32,000 bases of DNA from Nitrosopumilaceae archaeon (lineage in GTDB: Archaea; Thermoproteota; Nitrososphaeria; Nitrososphaerales; Nitrosopumilaceae), in contig JBBDNF010000013.1 of assembly GCA_040877685.1 (NCBI GenBank), positions 51,886 to 83,885 of the forward strand, given 5' to 3'. Positions 9,341 through 16,955 of this stretch are shown piece after piece. Below the pieces are notes generated by a model, which was given only the letters and a program-made list of their open reading frames with translations, did not search any database and was not told the origin of the DNA. Position numbers and translations under genes: made by a program. Position 1 is the first letter of the stretch. Each line of letters opens with the position of its first letter.

Positions 9341-10081
9341 TTACGATAGTTCTTTGGCTTTCCTTGATCCCTTGACAGTCGCAATCACAATAGCGAGAAC
9401 CACAAAGATGGCTCCAGCAACTGTAAATTCAGTCATCTGTCTTTTGCTTATCTCAATTGGAGACCAATTTGATAGAGTAAAGTCAAAGATGTTTTGCGAT
9501 GGGGCTGTTTCTTTTTCAGTAGTTACTGGCGGTTTTTCTTCCATCTCTGTTTGTGGTGTAATTTCTTCTTCAGAAGGTTGTTCTTCTAATGGATTTGATG
9601 GTTCTTCCTGAGGAGTTTCTTCTGTTGGTATTTCTTCTTCGGCTTCATCTTCTGCTGGCACGTCCTCAAAGGTCTTACCTACAAGACGGGTTCCAAACAC
9701 TTCAAGCTCCGATGTTCCAGGCGATAGCTGGATGAAAAGAGTTCTAGTGGCATCTGTTGCTTTTTTCTCTGAGAATGTAACAAGATCCCCATCTGCAATT
9801 ACAAAGAAAGGAGCGTCTTCACCATCTTCTGTAGCATCAAGCAGTTCTCTTGGAATTGTCAATTCCAATGTAGCGATAGGACTAGTTACATCTACTTCAA
9901 AGATGAGCTCAACTTCATCTGGATTGGGTACTACCTCAAAGACTGTCACGTCTTTTGCATTGTAAGTAATTTCGTATAATTTTCCAAAGTCAACAGATAT
10001 GGTTCCAGCTTCCGCAAACACAGAAAATGGTGAAAAACTAAGTAAAATCAGCACTGGTAGGAATGATTTTGAGCGTATCAA
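9341..10081 (-). CDS. Secreted surface protein: signal peptide, beta-sandwich domain, acidic E/P/T-rich linker and an EF + TM + basic C-terminal anchor
   Basis: I trimmed the track ORF to TTG 10081, giving MIRSKSFLPVLILLSFSPFSVFAEA, a good signal peptide. The upstream 34 codons overlap the dehydrogenase gene. The acidic linker is encoded at ~9503-9667. The tail is MTEFTVAGAIFVVLAIVIATVKGSRK. Confidence 0.6.
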   Translation of the reverse strand: MIRSKSFLPVLILLSFSPFSVFAEAGTISVDFGKLYEITYNAKDVTVFEVVPNPDEVELIFEVDVTSPIATLELTIPRELLDATEDGEDAPFFVIADGDLVTFSEKKATDATRTLFIQLSPGTSELEVFGTRLVGKTFEDVPAEDEAEEEIPTEETPQEEPSNPLEEQPSEEEITPQTEMEEKPPVTTEKETAPSQNIFDFTLSNWSPIEISKRQMTEFTVAGAIFVVLAIVIATVKGSRKAKELS

Positions 10082-10083
10082 TT

Positions 10084-11016
10084 CTATATTACGCCCCTGA
10101 GAATCATTATTATCTTTTCTGCTATAACATTTGCAGCTAAAGTCTGAGCTTCTTTTGTCTGAGCACCTATGTGCGGTGTGCAAATAACGTTTGAGAGCGT
10201 TGCAAGCTTGTTTCCTGTAGCAGGTTCTTTTTCAAAGACGTCTAAAGCGGCACCAGCAATCTTTCCTTCTTTTAGTGCAGCGTATAGTGCACCTTCGTCA
10301 ATAATTTCTCCTCTAGAGGTGTTGATAAGATATGCAGTTTTTTTCATTTTTGCAAGTCGCTGCATGTTTACGAGGTGGTGTGTATCATTTGTTAATGGTA
10401 CATGAAACGATATGTAATCTGCACTTGAAAGAAGTGTCTCCAAATCTGTCTTTATTAGGCCTACTTCACGTACAAAATCGTCAGGTATAGGAATTACATC
10501 ATATCCTATAATGTTCATGTTAAGTGCTCTCGCATGTTTAGCCAATCTTTTTCCTATATTCCCCAAACCAACAATTCCAAGATATTTGCCTGATAGTTCC
10601 GTTCCCATCAATTCTTTTTTTAGCCAGTTGCCATTTCTTATTTCTCTGTCAGCTCTTGGAATTTCTCGGGCAAGCGAAAGCATCAATCCTAATACAAGCT
10701 CTGCTACTGCATTCATTGCACCTTCAACAGCATTTATGACTCTGATTCCTTTTGTCTTTGCAGCATCAACATCAATGTTATCAAGACCAACACCTACCCG
10801 CGCAATTATCTTGCACTTATTTGCCTTTTCTATAAGATCTTTTGTTAGTTTAGTTCTGCTTCGTACTATGACAATGTCAAAATTTCCAATCTTTTCTTTT
10901 ATTTGATCTGGAGTAATCGCAGGTTCATATGATATCTTTAGACCATTTTTTTGTAGAATATCATTTAAAATAGGTGCAACTTGATCACAGATCAAAACTG
11001 ACTGGTTAAAACTCAT
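10084..11016 (-). CDS. D-isomer-specific 2-hydroxyacid dehydrogenase (short phosphoglycerate-dehydrogenase-like form without an ACT domain)
   Basis: 310 aa. The NAD motif is GIVGLGNIGKRLA. Catalytic-region motifs are NTSRGEIIDEGAL and TPHIGAQT. Confidence 0.8.
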   Translation of the reverse strand: MSFNQSVLICDQVAPILNDILQKNGLKISYEPAITPDQIKEKIGNFDIVIVRSRTKLTKDLIEKANKCKIIARVGVGLDNIDVDAAKTKGIRVINAVEGAMNAVAELVLGLMLSLAREIPRADREIRNGNWLKKELMGTELSGKYLGIVGLGNIGKRLAKHARALNMNIIGYDVIPIPDDFVREVGLIKTDLETLLSSADYISFHVPLTNDTHHLVNMQRLAKMKKTAYLINTSRGEIIDEGALYAALKEGKIAGAALDVFEKEPATGNKLATLSNVICTPHIGAQTKEAQTLAANVIAEKIIMILRGVI

Positions 11017-11038
11017 GAAAATGAACCACTATGAACAG

Positions 11039-11045
11039 AATATAA
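11039..11045 (-). promoter_or_regulatory. TATA-like box of the 2-hydroxyacid dehydrogenase gene
   Basis: The minus strand reads TTATATT, centred 26 nt upstream of ATG 11016. Confidence 0.4.
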
Positions 11046-11059
11046 TCATTGTGTATGTT

Positions 11060-11085
11060 AAGAAACAAAAAAGGGAAAAAGGGGT
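11060..11085 (-). terminator. Oligo-T terminator candidate after the nirK-like gene
   Basis: The minus strand reads CCCCTTTTTCCCTTTTTTGTTTCT immediately after the stop at 11086. Archaeal termination typically uses T-tracts. Confidence 0.35.
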
Positions 11086-12450
11086 TTAGATTCCTCTTTC
11101 AGATTTAATTTCGTCAGCACGTGCATCGGTGTATAGACCATGCAGGACTTGCTTTGGATGAGACATGCTATTCATGCCACTGGGTGGAATTGCATCAGTT
11201 GGATTGCCAATCAACTCAGCATATGATGATGCACTTGTACCTAGTTGTTCATTTAATCCGAATGGATCACCTACCACGAATATGGAGGCTGCACCTGAGA
11301 ATATTGCTGCATAGTCATGATTGACTGCTACATATACCCCCGGTTCGTCAAAAACGACGTCCATAATGGCACCCTGAGATCCGCCTATTAGCCAAGTCTC
11401 AGTTCCTTGTGCCTGTACTCGGTTGCCTTGAACTACTCTGTCAATTATTTCTCCTACAATGTGAAAGTAAACTGGCTCGTTGCCTTGGTTTTCCACAAAG
11501 AGTCTTACATGTTGACCAGCTTCAATGAAGAGTAGTTGCGACTGGTACTGATTTAGAACTGCAGAGTTCCATGGTTGCAAAAAGAAGATGTTTTTGTTTT
11601 TGTCTCCTTTAATTAACTCGTTATGGCCCTCATTTGGAACGTAACCAAGTGCCATTCCGTTAACTACGGTTTGTGTTTGGTGATGTATCATCATTGCAGA
11701 CATGTCATAGTTACCATCCTCAGTCAAGTACAATTGGTTGTACTGTAACTGGAACTCTAGTGCATCAGAAGAATAGATTGTTCTATCCTTTACAACGTCT
11801 CCACCTGAAACAGCGGTTTTTTCTACCATAAGTTTCTTGTATCCATTCAGTGGGTCAACTATTGTCATACCATACATGCCGGATAGAACATGTTGATCCA
11901 TTGCAGCTACATCGACACCAGAGCAGTGGTACTTGAAGGTACCAGGCACTTCTGCAATGTAGCAGTATGTCTTAGATGTTCCTGGCAGAACTTTGCCAAA
12001 GTTTCCTGCAGACATTTGTGATGCATGCATATCATTACCATGTGGAGTTGGTTCACCTTCTGGTATTGAAAGTGTCATCTTGACAATGTCGCCTTGTGTG
12101 ACTCTAAGTGTTGGGCCTGGCACTTGACCACTGAAGGTCATTGCCCTGTAAGTCTTTGGGCTATCTGTTGTGTGACCCATAATAGGCAAGTCAGCGCTTT
12201 CGCCTGTCACATTGAATTCTACTACGTTGCGGCCATCAGGCAGATCTGCACAGTCTAGTTCAGCAAATGCTCGTGGCATAACTAACTCTAGACCGCCCAT
12301 GTCATAGATTTTCTGCATCAAGTCTTCGTCTGTCGTTGAAATAGACAGTGAATTTCCAGTCATTTGTGACTGTGTATACGTGCTTCCGAACAACGTTCCT
12401 GCTATAACTGCAACTGCAGCAATAGACAGTATGCTGTAACGTTTGTTCAT
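11086..12450 (-). CDS. nirK: NirK-like two-domain copper protein (copper nitrite reductase family) with an N-terminal membrane anchor or signal
   Basis: PHGNDMHAS matches NirK HNxDFH (T1 His, catalytic Asp, T2 His). FKYHCSGVDVAAMDQHVLSGMYG matches YHC...H....M (T2 His, T1 Cys/His/Met). YVAVNHDYAAIFSGAA matches YVNHNLIEAFELGA (second-domain T2 His). I chose ATG 12450 because a TATA-like box lies 26 nt upstream of it; the track's GTG 12471 would sit almost on that box. Confidence 0.8.
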   Translation of the reverse strand: MNKRYSILSIAAVAVIAGTLFGSTYTQSQMTGNSLSISTTDEDLMQKIYDMGGLELVMPRAFAELDCADLPDGRNVVEFNVTGESADLPIMGHTTDSPKTYRAMTFSGQVPGPTLRVTQGDIVKMTLSIPEGEPTPHGNDMHASQMSAGNFGKVLPGTSKTYCYIAEVPGTFKYHCSGVDVAAMDQHVLSGMYGMTIVDPLNGYKKLMVEKTAVSGGDVVKDRTIYSSDALEFQLQYNQLYLTEDGNYDMSAMMIHHQTQTVVNGMALGYVPNEGHNELIKGDKNKNIFFLQPWNSAVLNQYQSQLLFIEAGQHVRLFVENQGNEPVYFHIVGEIIDRVVQGNRVQAQGTETWLIGGSQGAIMDVVFDEPGVYVAVNHDYAAIFSGAASIFVVGDPFGLNEQLGTSASSYAELIGNPTDAIPPSGMNSMSHPKQVLHGLYTDARADEIKSERGI

Positions 12451-12471
12451 CGTCTCCGATCGACTATTCAC

Positions 12472-12480
12472 AATATATTA
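12472..12480 (-). promoter_or_regulatory. TATA-like box of the nirK-like gene (leaderless geometry)
   Basis: The minus strand reads TAATATATT, centred 26 nt upstream of ATG 12450. Confidence 0.4.
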
Positions 12481-12561
12481 ACTTATTGTGTGAAATTCGG
12501 AAATTTGTTAAAACCTCTGAAAGTTTTTTGTAGCATTCTGATAGTTTTGTAAAAGACAATG

Positions 12562-12568
12562 AATATTA
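12562..12568 (+). promoter_or_regulatory. TATA-like box of the fumarase/aspartase-family gene
   Basis: AATATTA is centred 28 nt upstream of GTG 12593. Confidence 0.3.
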
Positions 12569-12592
12569 GGAAAATTAATTCTAGCTTAGTGT

Positions 12593-13954
12593 GTGAAGTT
12601 TAGGATAGACATAGATTCTTTAGGTGAAGTAAAAATACCCGCGGATGCCTACTATGGAGCTTTTACAGCTAGAGCAATTCAACAATATCATGTAACTGGT
12701 CAGAGAGTTCATCTTTATCTTGCAATAGCATTTGTCATGATCAAAAGATCATCTACAATTGCCAACATGAAAACTAGAGTGCTTGATAAAAAGCGAGGAA
12801 TTGCAATTGTAAAAGCATGCGATGAAATTTTGTCAGGAAAGTTTCTTGATCAGTTTGTTATTGAAGCTATAAACTCTGGCGCGGGAACTGCATTTAATAT
12901 GAATATAAATGAAGTAATTGCAAATGTTGCACTTGAAATTTTGGGACACAAAAAAGGAAAATATGAAATAATTCATCCAAATGATCATGTGAATATGTCA
13001 CAGTCAAGTAACGATACATTCCCAACAGCAATGCATGTTTCTATTTTGTTTAACCTAAAGCAAGTCATACCAGCTCTTGATGATTTAATAAAATCATTAC
13101 ACAAAAAAGCAAGAGAATTTTCTGGTTTTCAGAAAATAGGGAGGACTCACCTCATGGATGCTCTTCCTGTAAGCCTTGGAGGAGAATTTGCTGCATATTC
13201 TACATCTGTTGCAAAGGCACGTGATGCAATAGTTGCTGCAAAAAAAGAACTAGAGTTTATTGCACTTGGCGGTACTGCGGTAGGCACAGGTGCAAATACA
13301 CCTAAAGGTTACAGAAAAATTGCAATATCAGAACTTGCACGAATTTCAAAACTTCCTCTTAAACCACAGCAAGACATGCAATACTCTTTGCAAAGTAAGT
13401 TTGCTATTGCAAATCTATCCTCTGCGCTTAGAAACTTGGCAGTTGAGCTTGGCAGAATCTCAAACGATATCAGGCTAATGGCCTCTGGTCCTGTTGCGGG
13501 TCTCTCTGAGCTTGGTATACCCGCGGTTCACGCCGGTTCTTCAATCATGCCAGGAAAAGTCAATCCCTCACTTGCAGAATGTATGAACATGATCTGTTTC
13601 AATATAATTGGAAATGATTCTGTCGTTGCACTATCAGCACAGGCTGGCCAGTTTGAACTTAATGTAATGCTTCCTGTAATGCTAAAGTGCATTTTAGAAT
13701 CAACAGACATGCTAAGAAATTTTGTTCCAATTTTTTCTCATAATTTGATTGATGGTTTGTCTGCCAACAAACAAAAGCTTCGTCAATACATAGAAAATAG
13801 TCCTGTAATAGTTACGCTACTGTCTCCAAAGCTTGGTTATCAAACATCTGCAGAACTATACAAAGAATCACTAAAAACTGGCAAGACCATTAGACAACTT
13901 GTGATCTCAAAAGGATTGTTAACTGAGAAAGAAGTAAAAAAGTTGTTGGGATAA
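12593..13954 (+). CDS. Class II fumarate hydratase / aspartate ammonia-lyase family lyase
   Basis: 453 aa with a GTG start. The N-terminus is DSLGEVKIPADAYYG. The family signature GSSIMPGKVNPS is present. Whether it is a fumarase or an aspartase cannot be settled by eye. Confidence 0.85.
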   Translation: MKFRIDIDSLGEVKIPADAYYGAFTARAIQQYHVTGQRVHLYLAIAFVMIKRSSTIANMKTRVLDKKRGIAIVKACDEILSGKFLDQFVIEAINSGAGTAFNMNINEVIANVALEILGHKKGKYEIIHPNDHVNMSQSSNDTFPTAMHVSILFNLKQVIPALDDLIKSLHKKAREFSGFQKIGRTHLMDALPVSLGGEFAAYSTSVAKARDAIVAAKKELEFIALGGTAVGTGANTPKGYRKIAISELARISKLPLKPQQDMQYSLQSKFAIANLSSALRNLAVELGRISNDIRLMASGPVAGLSELGIPAVHAGSSIMPGKVNPSLAECMNMICFNIIGNDSVVALSAQAGQFELNVMLPVMLKCILESTDMLRNFVPIFSHNLIDGLSANKQKLRQYIENSPVIVTLLSPKLGYQTSAELYKESLKTGKTIRQLVISKGLLTEKEVKKLLG

Positions 13955-13956
13955 AA

Positions 13957-15225
13957 ATGGCAAAGATCTGGGTTGAGGCATATGGCTGTTCTGCAAGCTT
14001 TGCAGACTCGGAGATGATTTCTGGTCTGATTTTAAATGGAGGCCACACTCTTGCCAAAAACATATCGGATTCTGACTTGAATCTTATTGTCACTTGTTCT
14101 GTCAAAGACGCTACTGCAAACAAGATGGTAAACAGAATAAAAAAACTAAAATCAAAACCACTAATTGTTGCCGGCTGTCTGCCAAAAGCTGAAAAATCCA
14201 CAGTAGAAAAATTTGGCCCTCATGCAAGTCTACTTGGACCAAATTCTATTGGAAAAACTCTTGACGTTATAAGTTCCACATTGAAAGGAAAAAAGATAAT
14301 CGAGCTTGAAGATTCTGATGTGGCTAAAGTTGGTCTGCCTAAAGTTAGACTAAATCCTGTGGTTGGCATAGTAGAGATTGCAAGTGGATGCATGAGTGAA
14401 TGTACCTTTTGTCAGACAAAGCTCTCCAAAGGCAACTTGTATAGTTATAGGATTGGCGATATAGTAAGACAGGTAAAGTATGACATAGATAATGGTTGTA
14501 AGGAAGTCTGGCTTTCATCTACTGACAATGGTTGTTACGGCTTTGACATAGGCACAGATCTGCCACGATTGATAAGCGCAGTAAGTGAGATTGAGCGTGA
14601 CTTTATGATTAGGATTGGCATGATGAACCCGATGTACATGGTAAGGATCCGTGATGGGCTCTTGCGATCATTTGAAAATACCAAGGTCTTCAATTTCCTT
14701 CACATTCCAGTCCAGAGCGGCAACAATAGAATCCTAAAGGAGATGAAACGTGGTCATACCGCTCAAGTATTCAGAGATACAAATGATAGGTTCAGAAAAA
14801 AATTTGGAAAATTTACAATTTCTACCGATATTATAGTAGGATTTCCCTCTGAAAGTTATGAGGACTTTGAAGAGACAGTCGACCTCATAAAGGAAACAAG
14901 ACCTGATGTGATAAACCTCTCAAGATATAGCGCAAGGCCAGGCACAAAAGCTGCCAAAATGACTCAACTTGATGTGTCTGAGGTAAAGAGACGAAGTAAG
15001 AATGTATATGAATTAGCAAAAAACATCGCAAATGAGAGAAATGCAGAATGGTTGGGATGGAGAGGAGAGGTCTTGTTTGATGAGAGCTCAGACGGCGTCA
15101 TAAAGGGAAGAAACTTTGCCTACAAACCAGTAGTTGTTGATGAGGATGTAAAATTAGGACAAAAAATCAAAGTTGAAATTATAAAGGCTACATCATATGG
15201 TCTTTACGGTAAATCTTTAAGCTAA
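13957..15225 (+). CDS. Archaeal MiaB-like radical-SAM methylthiotransferase (MtaB/CDKAL1-type tRNA modification enzyme)
   Basis: 422 aa. It has the UPF0004 N-domain (IWVEAYGCSASFADSE), the radical-SAM cluster motif GCMSECTFCQT, and a TRAM-like C-terminus. It starts 2 nt after the upstream stop. Confidence 0.85.
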   Translation: MAKIWVEAYGCSASFADSEMISGLILNGGHTLAKNISDSDLNLIVTCSVKDATANKMVNRIKKLKSKPLIVAGCLPKAEKSTVEKFGPHASLLGPNSIGKTLDVISSTLKGKKIIELEDSDVAKVGLPKVRLNPVVGIVEIASGCMSECTFCQTKLSKGNLYSYRIGDIVRQVKYDIDNGCKEVWLSSTDNGCYGFDIGTDLPRLISAVSEIERDFMIRIGMMNPMYMVRIRDGLLRSFENTKVFNFLHIPVQSGNNRILKEMKRGHTAQVFRDTNDRFRKKFGKFTISTDIIVGFPSESYEDFEETVDLIKETRPDVINLSRYSARPGTKAAKMTQLDVSEVKRRSKNVYELAKNIANERNAEWLGWRGEVLFDESSDGVIKGRNFAYKPVVVDEDVKLGQKIKVEIIKATSYGLYGKSLS

Positions 15226-15300
15226 AAGTTTTTAGATCCAAGCTAGGATCAAAACTAATCAACAAAGTTTTTTAACTTATATGGGAAGCAAAAGGGAGTC

Positions 15301-16254
15301 ATGGAATTTGAGATGAAAGAACCAGTTCTTATCGTGGGAGTGGGCGGTGCTGGATGCAAACTTGCAATTAAAGCTAAATCTAGTCTAAATTCCGAATGCC
15401 TTTTGATAAGCCATGACCAAAAAGACCTAGACTCTAGCCATTCCAGAATTCTGATAAACACAAACCCAGTTCTCAATCCCTCTTCATATCTCATTAGGGG
15501 TGTCTCATATGGTGCTCTTGATAATCTCAATGAAAAACTTGTTAACTATTCTACCATAATTATAATAGCAAATCTTGCTGGCAAGTCCGGTGCTGCCTTG
15601 GCTCCAATTGTTTCACAGGCTAGCAGAGAACTTGGGAAGAATGTGCTTTCCTTTGGTATAATGCCATTCAAATTCGAAAAAGATAGGATCTTCTTTTCTG
15701 GTGTTTCACTGAAGAGGCTGAAGGCAAACTCTGACTGCACTATAATAGTGGATAATGACGCACTTCTTGATAGCAACCCAGATCTCACTCCTGATTCTTG
15801 TAACAATATAACAAATTCAGCCGTCCTTGAGATCATTTCCTCTCTGAAATCATCGTCTCTTCCACGTGAAACAAACATACTTTCCACAAGCAAAGATGTA
15901 TCAGATGTGCAAATATCACTTAGGGATTCAATAAAGATGCTTTACGAAGATGCGCCTCCAAACAGTGTAAAAAGTGCAATTCTCTATGTTATGGGAGGAA
16001 ACAAGGTTTCTGTAGGAGTGCTGAATTCCATGGTGAACACTATAAGCGGAATTTTTAATGACGACAGCACTCGTGTCAGTCTTTCTGTTGTTGCTGCTGA
16101 AAATTCCAAAGTTATCTTATTAACATCAATAGATGGAGAAACGAGGTTTGACAGATATGATCCACTTGGTTTCATTTCAAAACAAAACATGTTGGACTGG
16201 GATGATCCTGACTGCAGCATAAAATTAGATCTTGACTTGAAACAGTTAGAATAA
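15301..16254 (+). CDS. Divergent FtsZ/tubulin-superfamily protein with a degenerate GTP-binding signature
   Basis: 317 aa. VLIVGVGGAGCKLA corresponds to FtsZ T1 (GVGGGGSNA). IIIANLAGKSGAALAPIVSQASRELG corresponds to [26 protein letters not shown], with the GGGTGTG motif lost. TIIVDNDALL corresponds to IVIPNDKLL. Confidence 0.7.
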   Translation: MEFEMKEPVLIVGVGGAGCKLAIKAKSSLNSECLLISHDQKDLDSSHSRILINTNPVLNPSSYLIRGVSYGALDNLNEKLVNYSTIIIIANLAGKSGAALAPIVSQASRELGKNVLSFGIMPFKFEKDRIFFSGVSLKRLKANSDCTIIVDNDALLDSNPDLTPDSCNNITNSAVLEIISSLKSSSLPRETNILSTSKDVSDVQISLRDSIKMLYEDAPPNSVKSAILYVMGGNKVSVGVLNSMVNTISGIFNDDSTRVSLSVVAAENSKVILLTSIDGETRFDRYDPLGFISKQNMLDWDDPDCSIKLDLDLKQLE

Positions 16255-16257
16255 AAA

Positions 16258-16773
16258 TTACTTCGTCTTCGACTTTTTATTAGACTTGGGTTTTTCTTCT
16301 TTCTTTGGTTTCTCTGCTTTTGCTTCCTGTTTTTTTTCTTGTTTTGATTCAGTTTTTGGCTTTTCTGATTTTAGATCTGCCTTTGGTTTTTTTGGCTTAG
16401 TATCTGACTTTTCTTCCTTTGTTTCTGCGGCTTTTTCCTCTATTACAGTCTCACTTTTTTGAGCTTTTGGTTTTTCTTCAACAATATCTTCTTTCTTAGT
16501 TTTTGTATCTTCTTCTTGATATTTTGAAATTAAGACATTACCGCCATCATCTTTAGTTAACTTGACTCGTATCTTCCTTGGAGGATGTCTTATTCCTCTA
16601 GCCCAAACCAAGTGACTAACATCCTCTTCTATCTTTATGTTTTCAGATTTCATGTGTCTAGTAGCAAATTCTCTTATCATGTTGATTGCTCTTTTGGCTC
16701 TTTGATTATTTGGAGAAAGCAACACCTTCCCAAGATTTATTGTGTAAACACGTTCAACCTCTTCTTGAGACAA
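16258..16773 (-). CDS. rpl31e: Ribosomal protein L31e with a ~85-aa Lys/Glu-rich C-terminal extension
   Basis: TTG start immediately after the rpl39e stop. The N-terminal ~85 aa (RVYTINLGKV...RAKRAINMIREFATRHM...VWARGIRHPPRKIRVKL) is L31e-like. The remainder is a KE-rich low-complexity tract. Confidence 0.85.
   Translation of the reverse strand: MSQEEVERVYTINLGKVLLSPNNQRAKRAINMIREFATRHMKSENIKIEEDVSHLVWARGIRHPPRKIRVKLTKDDGGNVLISKYQEEDTKTKKEDIVEEKPKAQKSETVIEEKAAETKEEKSDTKPKKPKADLKSEKPKTESKQEKKQEAKAEKPKKEEKPKSNKKSKTK
16261..16518 (-). repeat. Low-complexity Lys/Glu-rich coding tract (C-terminal tail of L31e)
   Basis: The translation is EEDTKTKKEDIVEEKPKAQKSETVIEEKAAETKEEKSDTKPKKPKADLKSEKPKTESKQEKKQEAKAEKPKKEEKPKSNKKSKTK. 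The DNA is a run of degenerate ttt/ctt-rich short repeats. Confidence 0.7.
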
Positions 16774-16932
16774 TTATCCTACTCCCACGTCTGTTCTTCG
16801 CCACTGTCTTCTCTTTGGATTTGTTCTTACTGTTCTTTTTGTTCTAATTATAACCCATGCTGGTACCGATGAATTCTGTTTTAGTTTTTTCATCAATCGT
16901 ACTTTCCTTGGAGTAGACTTGTGAGCAGCCAT
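16774..16932 (-). CDS. rpl39e: Ribosomal protein L39e
   Basis: [52 protein letters not shown], 52 aa, fits L39e. I trimmed the track ORF to the internal ATG at 16932, which has a TTTAAAAA box centred ~27 nt upstream. Confidence 0.85.
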   Translation of the reverse strand: MAAHKSTPRKVRLMKKLKQNSSVPAWVIIRTKRTVRTNPKRRQWRRTDVGVG

Positions 16933-16955
16933 GGAAGTTAGAAAATCTTGAGCTC

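Noticed and set aside
9503-9667. The repetitive ttc/ctt-rich DNA here, and the similar tract at 16261-16518, considered as tandem repeats or CRISPR-like elements.
   Set aside because: Both are in-frame low-complexity coding tracts: an acidic E/P/T linker and a K/E tail. They lack regular repeat-spacer periodicity.
10082-10183. A 34-codon N-terminal extension of the 9341-10183 ORF (MHTAHRCSDKRSS...).
   Set aside because: It overlaps the 3' end of the dehydrogenase gene and is Cys/Arg-rich junk. It also precedes an in-frame TTG that yields a textbook signal peptide 2 nt after the upstream stop.
10511-10906. A 131-aa plus-strand ORF, plus similar long antisense ORFs at 2952-3281, 4044-4409, 8445-8804, 8955-9260, 26788-27195 and 30912-31307.
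   Set aside because: All lie entirely inside, and antisense to, genes with strong family motifs. Their translations are low-complexity (S/L/F/I-rich) with no motifs, typical of shadow ORFs in AT-rich coding DNA.
12559-12603. A small upstream ORF (MNIRKINSSLVCEV) overlapping the start of the lyase gene.
   Set aside because: It is 14 codons long and out of frame, and it sits on the TATA-like box of the lyase promoter. Most likely it is a chance ORF.
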